Source: Bdellovibrionota bacterium (GTDB taxonomy: Bacteria; Bdellovibrionota_C; UBA2361; CALJRW01). From it: a stretch of DNA of 64,000 nt. Position numbers and translations under genes: made by a program. The stretch spans positions 119,223 through 183,222 of the forward strand of contig JBGSMD010000038.1 of assembly GCA_041740355.1 (NCBI GenBank). The letters are read 5' to 3'. Each line of letters starts with the position of its first letter. Within the stretch, counting starts at the first letter, position 1. The notes under the pieces were generated by a model. It was given only the letters and a program-made list of their open reading frames with translations, ran no database searches and was not told where the DNA came from. Shown piece after piece: positions 52,170 to 61,487 of this stretch.

Positions 52170-52580
52170 TTACGAAAGTTTAAAAGCAGTTGATTGAAGC
52201 TCTGTAGCCAGTAAATTAAATGTTCTGGATGTTAATAATTTTAAGCTAGCATCATTCACTATCTTACTCGGGTTACTAGCGATATTTTCATACTGTAAAA
52301 CAAGTTCACTCATTGCTGGGCGTGTAGGGTAACCAGCCTGATGTGTAAGTTTACGCAAACTTTTAGCAATATCAGCTGCAATTTGATGATCCGTTACAAC
52401 TTGTTCTAGCTTTTGAGTTAATGGAGCAAGCTCAGCCTTAGCTGGAGTTTCTACGTTTGCGACTTTAGCATAACGTTCTTTAGCTAGAGTTAATAGTGTA
52501 TCAACAGATTTATACTCGCCACGAGGTGCACAGGCAGAAACTAGGCAGAAGATGGCAATTGATAATAATATTTTTAGCAT
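52170..52580 (-). CDS. Hypothetical lipoprotein
   Basis: Lipobox VSAC. Abuts ymdB. Confidence 0.75.
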   Translation of the reverse strand: MLKILLSIAIFCLVSACAPRGEYKSVDTLLTLAKERYAKVANVETPAKAELAPLTQKLEQVVTDHQIAADIAKSLRKLTHQAGYPTRPAMSELVLQYENIASNPSKIVNDASLKLLTSRTFNLLATELQSTAFKLS

Positions 52581-52772
52581 AATAATTAAGTAAGAAAAGT
52601 TTCAAAAAACTACCATATCATAAGCAATTCTTGACGTCGGGAATTTACTATAAAACTTGCAAACAATCCAGAGTGCCTTTGATCTTCTTTGATATTTAAA
52701 AATAAATACAAGTAATGAATTACGTGGGTTATAATTGCTTAACTCTTTCAAATTGATAAGATAGTATTAATC

Positions 52773-53105
52773 ATGCCAACTGTAAAAATATACGCCCGTC
52801 CTCCTGAGCTATCTGTAGTTAGTACTTTTACCGAAGATTTTGCGCCACTTGTTGCCAGATTACTAAGTACTACTGGAAATGCGCTTAATTCCGAAGCAAT
52901 ATTGATTCTTTGCATTCCATGTATCCCAAATAACAACGGACTGTTGATTGAAATAGAAGGTTATCGTCATCCAGAAAGGATAGAAAGAAAAGATCAGGTT
53001 TGTAGGGATGTTGTTGATTTTATCGGGGCTAAAATGCCTCGGACTAAACCAGTTTTTGTTAATTTTAAAATGACTCCCAAAGGAGACTGGGGTACTAACT
53101 TTTAA
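52773..53105 (+). CDS. Hypothetical protein, possible tautomerase fold
   Basis: N-terminal Met-Pro, about 110 aa, beta-alpha-beta-like pattern ending in GDWG. Confidence 0.55.
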   Translation: MPTVKIYARPPELSVVSTFTEDFAPLVARLLSTTGNALNSEAILILCIPCIPNNNGLLIEIEGYRHPERIERKDQVCRDVVDFIGAKMPRTKPVFVNFKMTPKGDWGTNF

Positions 53106-53243
53106 GACTGTTCTAGACTTTTAAGCAGTCAATAGAATAAAGAATGTTCTAATAGTTAAAAATCTAAATTTGCTCCAAAAATTAGCATTTGCTATCGTTA
53201 GGTACTTAGTCTTTTATTGAGTTAATATCTTTATAATTAAAAC

Positions 53244-53768
53244 ATGATTAAACCAGACCATTGGATTAGAAACTTTGGAGAGAATGGGGGAATTATTCCA
53301 TTTGTTCTAGAGCAGGTAAATCCATCTTCCTATGATGTTACAATCGGTAATGATTGGATTTGTCCAACTAGAGAACCGGAGTCCTTTACAGCAGACCAGA
53401 TTACACTTTTTCCTGGTGAAGTAGTTTTAGCAACTACCCAAGAGATTATTAACTTACCAAGAGATGTAGTTGCGGATTTAAAGCTTAAAAGTACTTTGGG
53501 TCGCTTATGGTTAAACCATAGTTTGAGTGGTTGGATTGATTGCAATTTTGAGGGCCAAATAACACTTGAGTTACAGAATTTGGGTCCTCATCCTAGATTG
53601 CTTAGGGCTGGGATGAGAGTTGCTCAGTTAGTCTTTATGCAGATGGAATCGCCCCCTGAAGTTGCCTATGGCGAGAAAGGTACTGGTCATTATCAGGGTC
53701 AGAAGGGGACGACGGTGGCTTGGAAAGAGGATTTCTTTCCTGTTAACTCTGATAACAAAAAATTGTAG
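53244..53768 (+). CDS. dcd: dCTP deaminase
   Basis: QVNPSSYDV, KSTLGR, GWID..FEGQITLEL and YQGQ. Confidence 0.93.
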   Translation: MIKPDHWIRNFGENGGIIPFVLEQVNPSSYDVTIGNDWICPTREPESFTADQITLFPGEVVLATTQEIINLPRDVVADLKLKSTLGRLWLNHSLSGWIDCNFEGQITLELQNLGPHPRLLRAGMRVAQLVFMQMESPPEVAYGEKGTGHYQGQKGTTVAWKEDFFPVNSDNKKL

Positions 53769-53786
53769 GGCTAAAGATTACATTTA

Positions 53787-54008
53787 GTCCGCCTTTGCTT
53801 CCCCCTCCGCTAAAGCTACAGAGGACAAGAAAGCTACGGCGGATGACCTCATATGAGGTCAAAAGAGGATTTCTTTCCGGTGACTTCGGATGGTAAGAAG
53901 CTATAGCGTTTATTGTGGCTTTCGGTCCGCCTTCGCCGTGGGCTTCGGCGTGATGCCTTGGCAGAGGCCAAGGCACTTCGGTGAGCCCCCTAGCGTAAAG
54001 CGAGGGGG
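53787..54008. repeat. GC-rich cluster of REP-like palindromes, one nested in another
   Basis: gtccgcctttgct[..cctccgctaaagctacagagg..]aaagctacggcgga, then gtccgccttcgccgtgggcttcggcg and further hairpins. Confidence 0.7.
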
Positions 54009-54037
54009 TTGAGTCTATATTAAAAATTTGCTATAAG
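54009..54037 (+). promoter_or_regulatory. Putative sigma70 promoter for rpsT
   Basis: TTGAGT-17-TATAAG with a TGn extension. Confidence 0.45.
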
Positions 54038-54067
54038 AAGGCTCTAAATTTCTATATATTTATTAAA

Positions 54068-54331
54068 ATGGCCAATAAAAAATCTTCTAAAAAACGCATT
54101 GTACAGACTGCTGTAAAAAATACTCGTAATTCTATGTTGCGTTCTGCTTGTCGTACTGCTGAAAAGAGCCTAAGAACTCTAGTTCTAGCTAATAAGAAAG
54201 AAGAAGCTGTAACAGCATTTGCAATTGCTGAGAAAAAGTTCTCATCTGCTTCAAGTAAAGGTGTTTACCATAAAAATACTGTAGCAAGAAAAATCAGCCG
54301 TTTGTCAAAATTACTTACAAAAGTAGCTTAG
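54068..54331 (+). CDS. rpsT: 30S ribosomal protein S20
   Basis: MANKKSSKKR and KGVYHKNTVARKISRL. Confidence 0.97.
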   Translation: MANKKSSKKRIVQTAVKNTRNSMLRSACRTAEKSLRTLVLANKKEEAVTAFAIAEKKFSSASSKGVYHKNTVARKISRLSKLLTKVA

Positions 54332-54453
54332 TCTTTCAATCATAAAAAGTGCATAATTTTAAAGAATAATAGTCATTAATAATGTGGCAGTTATTTTTCT
54401 AGATCCAATCTATTTTTCATTTGAGGTACAGGACCGATCTGAAAACTGGGAGT

Positions 54454-55011
54454 TTAAAATCCTAAGCACATATTGCTAGCCCTAACTGAAGGCCCTGCCA
54501 TTTCAGGAGGAGACAAGGTTGGCCCAATCTCAACAGTATCATTGTTAAATGTCATCGTGGAGTCATAGTAAGCATAATAGCCTTCGCCTTTAATATTGGC
54601 ACAATGCTGAACTTGAACCTCAATTTGTAGGCTTGGGTCTCCCGGATTTCCAGTTAAGTATTTTCTAACTATATACCTCACTCCGATATCTTCGTTACGT
54701 AAATTCATTAAGTAGGGCAATGCTTCTGTGACTCGAAATTTTGGCGTGTAGTTTACGGGCGTTTCCTGGATGGCTCCACGAGTTCCAGGCACCCAAACAA
54801 AATAATGCCGATAAGTTGTAGCGTTATTGGATAAATCATCAATGATTAGAGAAGAGGCTGTTATCAAATCTCGAGTATAAATAATTACCTTTGCTCCAAT
54901 TGCTTTAGTTCGATATTCTTGAAAGGTAATAACGGACATGCTTGCTAGAATTCCAGTAATTGCAACAGTTACAAGTAGTTCGACTAAAGTAAAACCTTTT
55001 GAGGTGATCAT
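54454..55011 (-). CDS. Type IV pilin-like protein
   Basis: KGFTLVELLVTVAITGILA class III signal peptide and C-terminal Cys pair. Confidence 0.88.
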   Translation of the reverse strand: MITSKGFTLVELLVTVAITGILASMSVITFQEYRTKAIGAKVIIYTRDLITASSLIIDDLSNNATTYRHYFVWVPGTRGAIQETPVNYTPKFRVTEALPYLMNLRNEDIGVRYIVRKYLTGNPGDPSLQIEVQVQHCANIKGEGYYAYYDSTMTFNNDTVEIGPTLSPPEMAGPSVRASNMCLGF

Positions 55012-55150
55012 TTTTAAGAAATTTAGTTACATATTAAACAACTTATTAAGTCGGTAAAAAGCTCTTAAAGCTTGAGGTTATTATTGAGAATAGACCAAAA
55101 TAGTTATAATATGCTCTTTGTTAAGAATAGGGTGCTTAAATAGTCTTGGG

Positions 55151-55251
55151 GCTTTCTATTTCCCGGAGGGATAGTAAAATCATATAGTTATTACAAAAAA
55201 CAAGCTGCGCTATTTTATTTATACGTAATTTATTTTTTGGAATAACTATAA
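55151..55251 (-). repeat. Dispersed 101-bp palindrome-containing element, copy B (upstream of pilin)
   Basis: Reverse complement aligns without gaps to 8371-8471. Confidence 0.8.
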
Positions 55252-55266
55252 TAGGTTAATCTTAGA

Positions 55267-56043
55267 TTATTTCCTCGATGACCACAGCAGTTGAAACATT
55301 TGTCTCTGGTTCGAGGCAAACACTGCATCCTTTAAAACAAAAGCATAGTGTGGCTTTTGCCTAGTCATAATCGTCACAACATATTCCCCTAGAATCCAAA
55401 TAGTACTTGAGAATTGAGATTTATCCGGAACTATTTTTATTGTTCGATCTACAATTTTGCCCTGCAATTTATTTTCGATTTCAGACTTATTGGAGAATAG
55501 CTTTATTTTCTCTCCAGGAATTCGTAACGCCCAGTAGTAATTTAGCCAGTCCATGTACTGCTCGACGAATCCGTGATCTTGGTAGCCCCACCAAGTTTTA
55601 TCGTAATGAGCAACACTTTTTTGCCAATTAAAACATTCTTCGTAGAGCATCTTATGGATCTCATTAGCACCTTCAAAAAACTGTAGTTTTGGAATGCTAT
55701 AGTTAGTACTTTTAAAAAATGGCTCAACTTCTTTGATTAGTTCAGTCGCCAATGCTTTTTTGATTTGCATCTTCTCTATGTAGACATTCTCTTCGAGCTC
55801 CAGCATTTTTAATATTGCGGATGCTTCTGTTGCTTGAAAGTATGTCTGATCTGTATCACGAAGTTGAGTGACTAGTTGTTTTAAGGCTAAACTTTCTAAG
55901 ATTGAGTAGGTAGTGGGTCTTTTAAGTCTGCAGAGTTTGGACAAATTACTAGCAGAAGTTTTACCACTCTCGGCCAGCTGCAAGTAGACTCGAGCTTCTT
56001 TTGTGCTAAGGCCAATTTTATTAAAATAATCTTCTAGTAGCAT
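55267..56043 (-). CDS. TrmB-family transcriptional regulator
   Basis: IGLSTKEARVYL.L...G...AS.LS....LKRPTTYSILESL HTH, followed by PKLQFFEG. Confidence 0.88.
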   Translation of the reverse strand: MLLEDYFNKIGLSTKEARVYLQLAESGKTSASNLSKLCRLKRPTTYSILESLALKQLVTQLRDTDQTYFQATEASAILKMLELEENVYIEKMQIKKALATELIKEVEPFFKSTNYSIPKLQFFEGANEIHKMLYEECFNWQKSVAHYDKTWWGYQDHGFVEQYMDWLNYYWALRIPGEKIKLFSNKSEIENKLQGKIVDRTIKIVPDKSQFSSTIWILGEYVVTIMTRQKPHYAFVLKDAVFASNQRQMFQLLWSSRK

Positions 56044-56045
56044 AA

Positions 56046-56064
56046 TGTCGAAATGTTTTTGACA
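56046..56064. promoter_or_regulatory. Palindromic operator candidate at the TrmB gene start
   Basis: tgtcgaaa-tgt-ttttgaca (7/8 symmetric). Confidence 0.5.
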
Positions 56065-56180
56065 ATCTAACTCTTTAATAATACTTTTATTTTATAGGTA
56101 TTTCAATTAGTTTTCTATATATTTTTGACTAATCCCTAAATTGGATTACCTTTATTCTGATTTTTAACTAACAGACGATA

Positions 56181-57275
56181 ATGAATTTAATTAAATTACT
56201 ACTAATTACGATAGTTTTAGTCCTTACCAGTAAGGTCAATGCCGAGGTTAAGGAATTTAAAATCGGTGTAATGTTATGCTTGACTGGTGACTGCGCGGAA
56301 TGGGGCAATAATTCACTGCAAGGGATCCGTTTAGCTGTAAAGGAGTTAAATGCCCAAGGTGGAATCTTAAATCATCAGGTATCATTAGTTGTTGAGGATA
56401 CTAGAGAGGGGGCAGGTGGAGCTAATGCTATTTCAGCTTATCAGAATCTAATTTTAAATCCTGAAGTCCAATATTTAGTTGGACCAACTTGGTCTGTCGG
56501 TGGTGCCGCCCTAGCACCAATATTAGCAAAAAATAAAAAGATAATTGTGACTTCACCATCACTTGGTATCGCTGATTTTAATCAAGCAGGCAGCCATATC
56601 TTTAACCTCTGGCCACATGATTCTTATTCTTCGGAAAAACTTGCCAGCTATGCAATTGAACAAGGTTGGAAGCAGGGAGTAATTTTTGAAGCCAACGATC
56701 CTTGGGGTGTGGTGCAAGCAAATACTTTTGAAAAAAAGTTTGAAGCTCTCGGAGGGCAAATTATTAAGAGAATTAGTAATGCCCCTGATGCTACTAGCTT
56801 TCGCAGTGAAGCTTTGCTTGCCAAACAAAGTAATCCACAATTTATTTTTCAAGCGAATCTCTACAAACTATCCCAGTATGCTAAAGATCTGGAACGTATT
56901 TCTTTTCAAGGAGAACAAATTACAATTTTGATGGATGAAACACGAATTAAGGAAGCACAGGGAGCACTGGATCGAGTTATTTATGCTAAGTATCCAGATC
57001 CGACGGGAGATTTCGTAGAGAAATTTAAAAAAGAGTATCAAGTGCAGCCTGGCGTTACTGCGGATACGGCCTACGACTCAATCATCTTGTATTCCAAAGC
57101 TATCACAAATGCTAAAAGTTTTGACTTAGGGATTGTCTCAAGCGAGATGCAGCGTATAAGTTTGCATGGTGCTTCTGGGCAGGTATCTTTTGATTCTGAA
57201 GGTGGGGTGGTGAAGGATCCTTTAATTTATCAGATAATTGACGGTGCAGAGCTACCTGTAGGTAATAATAGATAG
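56181..57275 (+). CDS. LivJ/LivK-like periplasmic solute-binding protein
   Basis: Signal peptide, KIGVMLCLTG..AEWG, AVKELNAQGG, AYDS and GASG.VSFD..G. Confidence 0.9.
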   Translation: MNLIKLLLITIVLVLTSKVNAEVKEFKIGVMLCLTGDCAEWGNNSLQGIRLAVKELNAQGGILNHQVSLVVEDTREGAGGANAISAYQNLILNPEVQYLVGPTWSVGGAALAPILAKNKKIIVTSPSLGIADFNQAGSHIFNLWPHDSYSSEKLASYAIEQGWKQGVIFEANDPWGVVQANTFEKKFEALGGQIIKRISNAPDATSFRSEALLAKQSNPQFIFQANLYKLSQYAKDLERISFQGEQITILMDETRIKEAQGALDRVIYAKYPDPTGDFVEKFKKEYQVQPGVTADTAYDSIILYSKAITNAKSFDLGIVSSEMQRISLHGASGQVSFDSEGGVVKDPLIYQIIDGAELPVGNNR

Positions 57276-57513
57276 TTATTTTAGGAAGTTAAATCTAAAA
57301 TAACCCGTTTTGCTCAAAAACAAAATTGATAATTAAAATTTTATTCGATTCATTCTGATTACTTTAGTAAATACTATCTAGCCTATTTTGTAGTAAAAAA
57401 AGTATAGTCATCTTGTTGGTAATGTAATATAAAATCAATGTTGCAGAATTTAGGTGATTGCATTAGAAATACCTACAACATCTTAATCTTTCAATTATTA
57501 TTAAATTATAAAT

Positions 57514-58269
57514 ATGTTAAATAAACTTTTTTCAATTTTCTTAGTTTCGTTATTAGCCTTTAATTTCGCTAATGCAGAAGAATATCTTCCAGTTGATAAT
57601 GGCTTAGTAAGCTATCATACTTCACCAAGATATCGTCCAAGTGAAGAGCATCCACTTCGTTTTGTTGCTTACATATTTCATCCGATTGGATGGTTGATTA
57701 GAGAAGGGTTTACTCGTCCAGTAAGTTACTTAATGGGTTCAACAGAAGAAACGAAAAGTATCTTTGGTTTTAGAGAGCCAGCTGACTATAGAACTCCATC
57801 TTGTTTTTCTGCTAGTAACGCAATACCAGATTGTCGTTCAATTCCTCCTTATAACTACGAGTTAGCTCCAGGGGAAATTGGGGGATTCATTAGAGATGAT
57901 AATGCAAAAATGGCTAAGCTAGCAGCTCAGGGAAAACAGATGTTCCCTAATGTTAACTTTGAATTTAACAGTTCAAAATTAAATACTTTAGGTCAAGCGA
58001 AAGTTTTGGAAATCTCTGAGATTATCTCTAAAGGTGGCGTTGTTGAAGTTGTTCTTGAAGGTCATACTGATTCTGTTGGTACTGATGAATACAACAATAA
58101 ACTTGGAATGGATCGCGCTGAATCAGTAAGAGCTGAATTAGTTAAATTAGGTTTAAGTGCTGATTCTTTATCAACAGTAACATTTGGTAAAACACGTCCT
58201 TTAGTAGATAAAGACTCTGATGAAGCAAGAGCATTAAATCGCCGGGTTGAAGTACACCCAGGGCAGTAG
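57514..58269 (+). CDS. OmpA-family peptidoglycan-binding protein
   Basis: VNFEFNS, EGHTDSVG..EYN..LG..RA and NRRVE. Confidence 0.92.
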   Translation: MLNKLFSIFLVSLLAFNFANAEEYLPVDNGLVSYHTSPRYRPSEEHPLRFVAYIFHPIGWLIREGFTRPVSYLMGSTEETKSIFGFREPADYRTPSCFSASNAIPDCRSIPPYNYELAPGEIGGFIRDDNAKMAKLAAQGKQMFPNVNFEFNSSKLNTLGQAKVLEISEIISKGGVVEVVLEGHTDSVGTDEYNNKLGMDRAESVRAELVKLGLSADSLSTVTFGKTRPLVDKDSDEARALNRRVEVHPGQ

Positions 58270-58288
58270 TTTAATTCTGCTAAACTTG

Positions 58289-58328
58289 AAGGGCGTTGAA
58301 CAAATAAATTTGTTCAACGCCTTTTTTT
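58289..58328 (+). terminator. Intrinsic terminator
   Basis: ggcgttgaacaaat-aa-atttgttcaacgcc followed by a T-run. Confidence 0.92.
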
Positions 58329-58346
58329 ATCTAATGCTCTTAATAG

Positions 58347-58446
58347 CCTAAGTTTTGGATTCTCGGTCTCTTACTTTAAACCTAAGTTTTGGATAAGGAA
58401 GCGTAGCGAGAACGCCGAAGTAGTTGAATTTATTCAAAACTGAGGT
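58347..58446. mobile_element. Short MITE-like element with a duplicated left end
   Basis: acctaagttttggataa (58380) / ttattcaaaactgaggt (58430-58446), plus an extra cctaagttttggat at 58347. Confidence 0.55.
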
Positions 58447-58641
58447 ATTAAGAACTGATCAAGATCAAAATCAATTTGCATAGCTCGTCATAGGCTGTTC
58501 GAGCTAAATCATACTTAATAATTGAGGGATTTTGGATACTGCAGGGTTCGCTAATCCATAGGACGGCAGCTTTTAAAGCTTACTTTTATTCGTACATTGA
58601 GATCTTTAGTTTTGGTTTTAAGCAGATACTTGTTCTGGAGA

Positions 58642-59214
58642 TTACTCCTTATTCCCCAACCAAGTAAGCGTTTTTCCAAACCATCCTCGTTTATTTCCAT
58701 TTAACTCAATTAAACGATTAATGGTTTGATTCCCAGATAGTAAAAGAATCTTATCTTTCTCGGCTTGATCTTCTAATTTTTCAATTCTAGTTCTTAGCCA
58801 GCGAATTTCACCTAACTGCTCGCTAATCTGCGATTCTTTATCTTCAATTAGACGATCCTGGAGTGCGATAACCTTCTCTAAGATGGAGTCTTCCAGTTTG
58901 TTTTTACTTGTATTCTTTGTTTGTTCTTCAACTGGGGAAGTGATTGTCGCATTTTGTAATTCAACCAATGGAACTTCCATTTCGGAGTCATCTAATTCCA
59001 TGGAAGTCACTTCGATTTTCAATTCTGAGGAATTATTTGGCGTTGGTTCAGATAAATTAAGTCCAAAAGTTTTATTAAGATCAGAGATGCTGAGTAGAAC
59101 GAGTTGTTCCTCTATTCTGGTTTGAATGTATCCAGCTGTAATAAATCTTTGTAGAGTTTTTTCGTTTAAACCTGTAACTTCGATTGCTTCTTCCAGATTC
59201 AAATAACTATTCAT
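58642..59214 (-). CDS. Hypothetical protein, N-terminal HTH-like region plus coiled coil
   Basis: YLNLEEAIEVTGLNEKTLQRFI and a heptad-rich C-terminus ending GWF. ATG 59214 preferred. Confidence 0.75.
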   Translation of the reverse strand: MNSYLNLEEAIEVTGLNEKTLQRFITAGYIQTRIEEQLVLLSISDLNKTFGLNLSEPTPNNSSELKIEVTSMELDDSEMEVPLVELQNATITSPVEEQTKNTSKNKLEDSILEKVIALQDRLIEDKESQISEQLGEIRWLRTRIEKLEDQAEKDKILLLSGNQTINRLIELNGNKRGWFGKTLTWLGNKE

Positions 59215-59215
59215 A

Positions 59216-60661
59216 TTATTCAATACTTCCAAAGTTTCTAATTTCTAAAACTGAAGTTGCTCCAGGGACGTGAACCATCAATCCGCCAGTTATGATCGCG
59301 ATATCAGTTGCAGTTAAAGACTCTCTTTTTTTAATTACTGCTAGTGCCGTATTAATCTCGTCTCCATGAGATAAGGAGGCTTCCATTCTAATTGGCGTAA
59401 CACCCCAGTATAGACACATTCTTCTTAGCGAGGGTTCGCGGTAAGATACACCGTAAAGTGGTTGCTGTGGGCGATATTTAGCAATTAACTTGGAGCTAAA
59501 TCCAGTTTCAGTACAAGCAATAATTGCAGCAGCGTTTAGGCTGTAAGCAGCAGCACAGGAGGCGTAGCCAATTGCATCGGGAATTGATTGGTTAAAACTC
59601 TTTTTGTCAAAACGTAATTTATAAATATCAAAGTTAAATTCGTGTTCTGCTTCTCGGGCAATCTTATCTAGGTATTCCACAGACTCTATCGGGTAAGCAC
59701 CGATTGCTGTTTCTTCAGAGAGCATCACCGCGTCGGCACCAGTATTAACAGCGGTTGCTACATCAGTTACTTCTGCTCTTGTGGGACGATTTGAGTTGAC
59801 CATCGAATGTAACATTTGAGTTGCTACAATTACTGGTTTACCTAAAGCATTGCTTTTAGCAATTAACATTTTTTGAATTGAAGGTAATTTTTCCACAGGA
59901 AGTTCCACCCCTAAGTCACCTCGAGCTACCATCACAACATCAGTAGCCTCTAAGATCTCATCAATATTAGAAAGTGCCTTTTTCATTTCAATCTTGGCAA
60001 CAATAAGTGGACGGTCGACGTTGCTTAGATGTTCCAGTTTTGAAGTTAAGCGGCGGATATCTTCTGCATTTTGTACGAAAGAAATAGCAATAAAATCAAC
60101 TTTATTTTGTAGTCCCCATTCAAAATCGATCATGTCTTTTTCCGTGGTTGCGGGAAGATTAATTTCAGCATCGGGGAAGGCAAGGCCGACACGCGAGCGT
60201 AAATTACCACCTTTAGTAATTAAGCATTTTACTTCATTGTTGGATACGTTTGTTACTTGTAAGACAAGAGCACCATCGGCAATTAAAACGGTATGTCCTG
60301 CTTCTAGAATTTCTGCTGGATTAACAAGTGCCGAGTAAATTACATTGTGATCTGAAAGTTCAGTTTTGGATTGGCGAAGTATCACATCACCGCCTCGAAC
60401 TAATGGCTGTGTTTCGTCTTTAATAGGTGTAATCCTGATCTTTGGTCCTGATAAATCTTGAAGTACTCCAACTGGTATGTTTACCTCGTCTGCCGCTTGG
60501 CGAATCATATTGATATTGCTTAAGTGTTCTTCATGGCTACCGTGGGAGAAATTTAATCTAAAAACATTAACTCCCGCGTTAATTAAATTTTTGAGAGATT
60601 CAATGTTGTTAATTGCAGGCCCAACAGTTGCAATAATTTTTGTTTTTCTATTTTTTTGCAT
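59216..60661 (-). CDS. pyk: Pyruvate kinase
   Basis: RKTKIIATVGP, RLNFSHG, AKIE, MVARGDLGVE, ATQML and PTRAEV. Confidence 0.98.
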   Translation of the reverse strand: MQKNRKTKIIATVGPAINNIESLKNLINAGVNVFRLNFSHGSHEEHLSNINMIRQAADEVNIPVGVLQDLSGPKIRITPIKDETQPLVRGGDVILRQSKTELSDHNVIYSALVNPAEILEAGHTVLIADGALVLQVTNVSNNEVKCLITKGGNLRSRVGLAFPDAEINLPATTEKDMIDFEWGLQNKVDFIAISFVQNAEDIRRLTSKLEHLSNVDRPLIVAKIEMKKALSNIDEILEATDVVMVARGDLGVELPVEKLPSIQKMLIAKSNALGKPVIVATQMLHSMVNSNRPTRAEVTDVATAVNTGADAVMLSEETAIGAYPIESVEYLDKIAREAEHEFNFDIYKLRFDKKSFNQSIPDAIGYASCAAAYSLNAAAIIACTETGFSSKLIAKYRPQQPLYGVSYREPSLRRMCLYWGVTPIRMEASLSHGDEINTALAVIKKRESLTATDIAIITGGLMVHVPGATSVLEIRNFGSIE

Positions 60662-61210
60662 TTTTTCTTAATTCAATTGGTTCAAAATAATTTTTCAGAC
60701 AGGAGCAAAGTTTGATTTTCACTGTCCTGAATGAGCTATCTCAAGTTGTTATTAATAGTTTAAAAGATCCTAATGTCTCTACTAACATCTAGTAGCAAGA
60801 TTATTAAGGGATAATATTCGCTATAAACTACTGATATTAAAGAGTATTTTAACATCAGCAATTATCAAGATGCTGGTCGGGGAGCAAATTAACTCAAAGT
60901 GCAATCTAGCAGAATTTTGAATTTATTGAAACTTACTAAGTGCTTTTTTCATCCTAATTATTAGGGTGTCTACAATAGCTAATTTGCCTGGGTTGTTGAC
61001 TGTGAAGTTAGTGAGACAACAGAAGTAAGGTAATGATTGAAAGTTTTTTTCGTAAGGAAATTCATAATCGGTCATTACGGCTAATTCAAATCATTAAATC
61101 AGGGTTTGAATGCCTAAAACAACAATCATACTAAGCCTGACAGGAATTCCCAAAAATATATAGGAAATTCTTTCTTGGGTTTACTATAAATTTCATACCA
61201 CGGAGGGGAG

Positions 61211-61384
61211 ATGAAAAAAATTAAAGGCTATTATCAAAAAGTAATTAAATTCTCAGGGCAAGACTTAAAATTATACAGTCTAGACGGGGTTACTTGGTCC
61301 AGTAAGCAACAGGAGTTAATAGTAATTGAAGAAAGACAGATTCAACAACAACAAAGTGTAATTAATTATTTTGGTCCTAAGTAA
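61211..61384 (+). CDS. 57-aa small protein (not in ORF track)
   Basis: Strong RBS ggaggggag directly before the ATG. Translation MKKIKGYYQKVIKFSGQDLKLYSLDGVTWSSKQQELIVIEERQIQQQQSVINYFGPK. Confidence 0.7.
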   Translation: MKKIKGYYQKVIKFSGQDLKLYSLDGVTWSSKQQELIVIEERQIQQQQSVINYFGPK

Positions 61385-61487
61385 TTTAGGAGCAAGATAG
61401 TTCTAAACGTGTCGTATTCTAATACTTCCGTCTTCTATTTAGAACAGAGACTCCTGATTCTGTTTAGCTAATTTATTAATTAAATTT

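Noticed and set aside
53743-53976. 77-aa minus-strand ORF, or tmRNA/RNase P/SRP identity for the GC-rich cluster
   Set aside because: The ORF arises from the GC-rich palindromes. No GAGGAAAGUC, SRP loop or tRNA-like ends were seen.
1361-60671. Numerous short ORF-track entries overlapping core genes (e.g. 1361-1654, 3745-3993, 22468-22920, 24379-24795, 27388-27750, 59994-60338)
   Set aside because: Antisense or alternate-frame shadows of strongly biased, well-identified genes, with no motifs.
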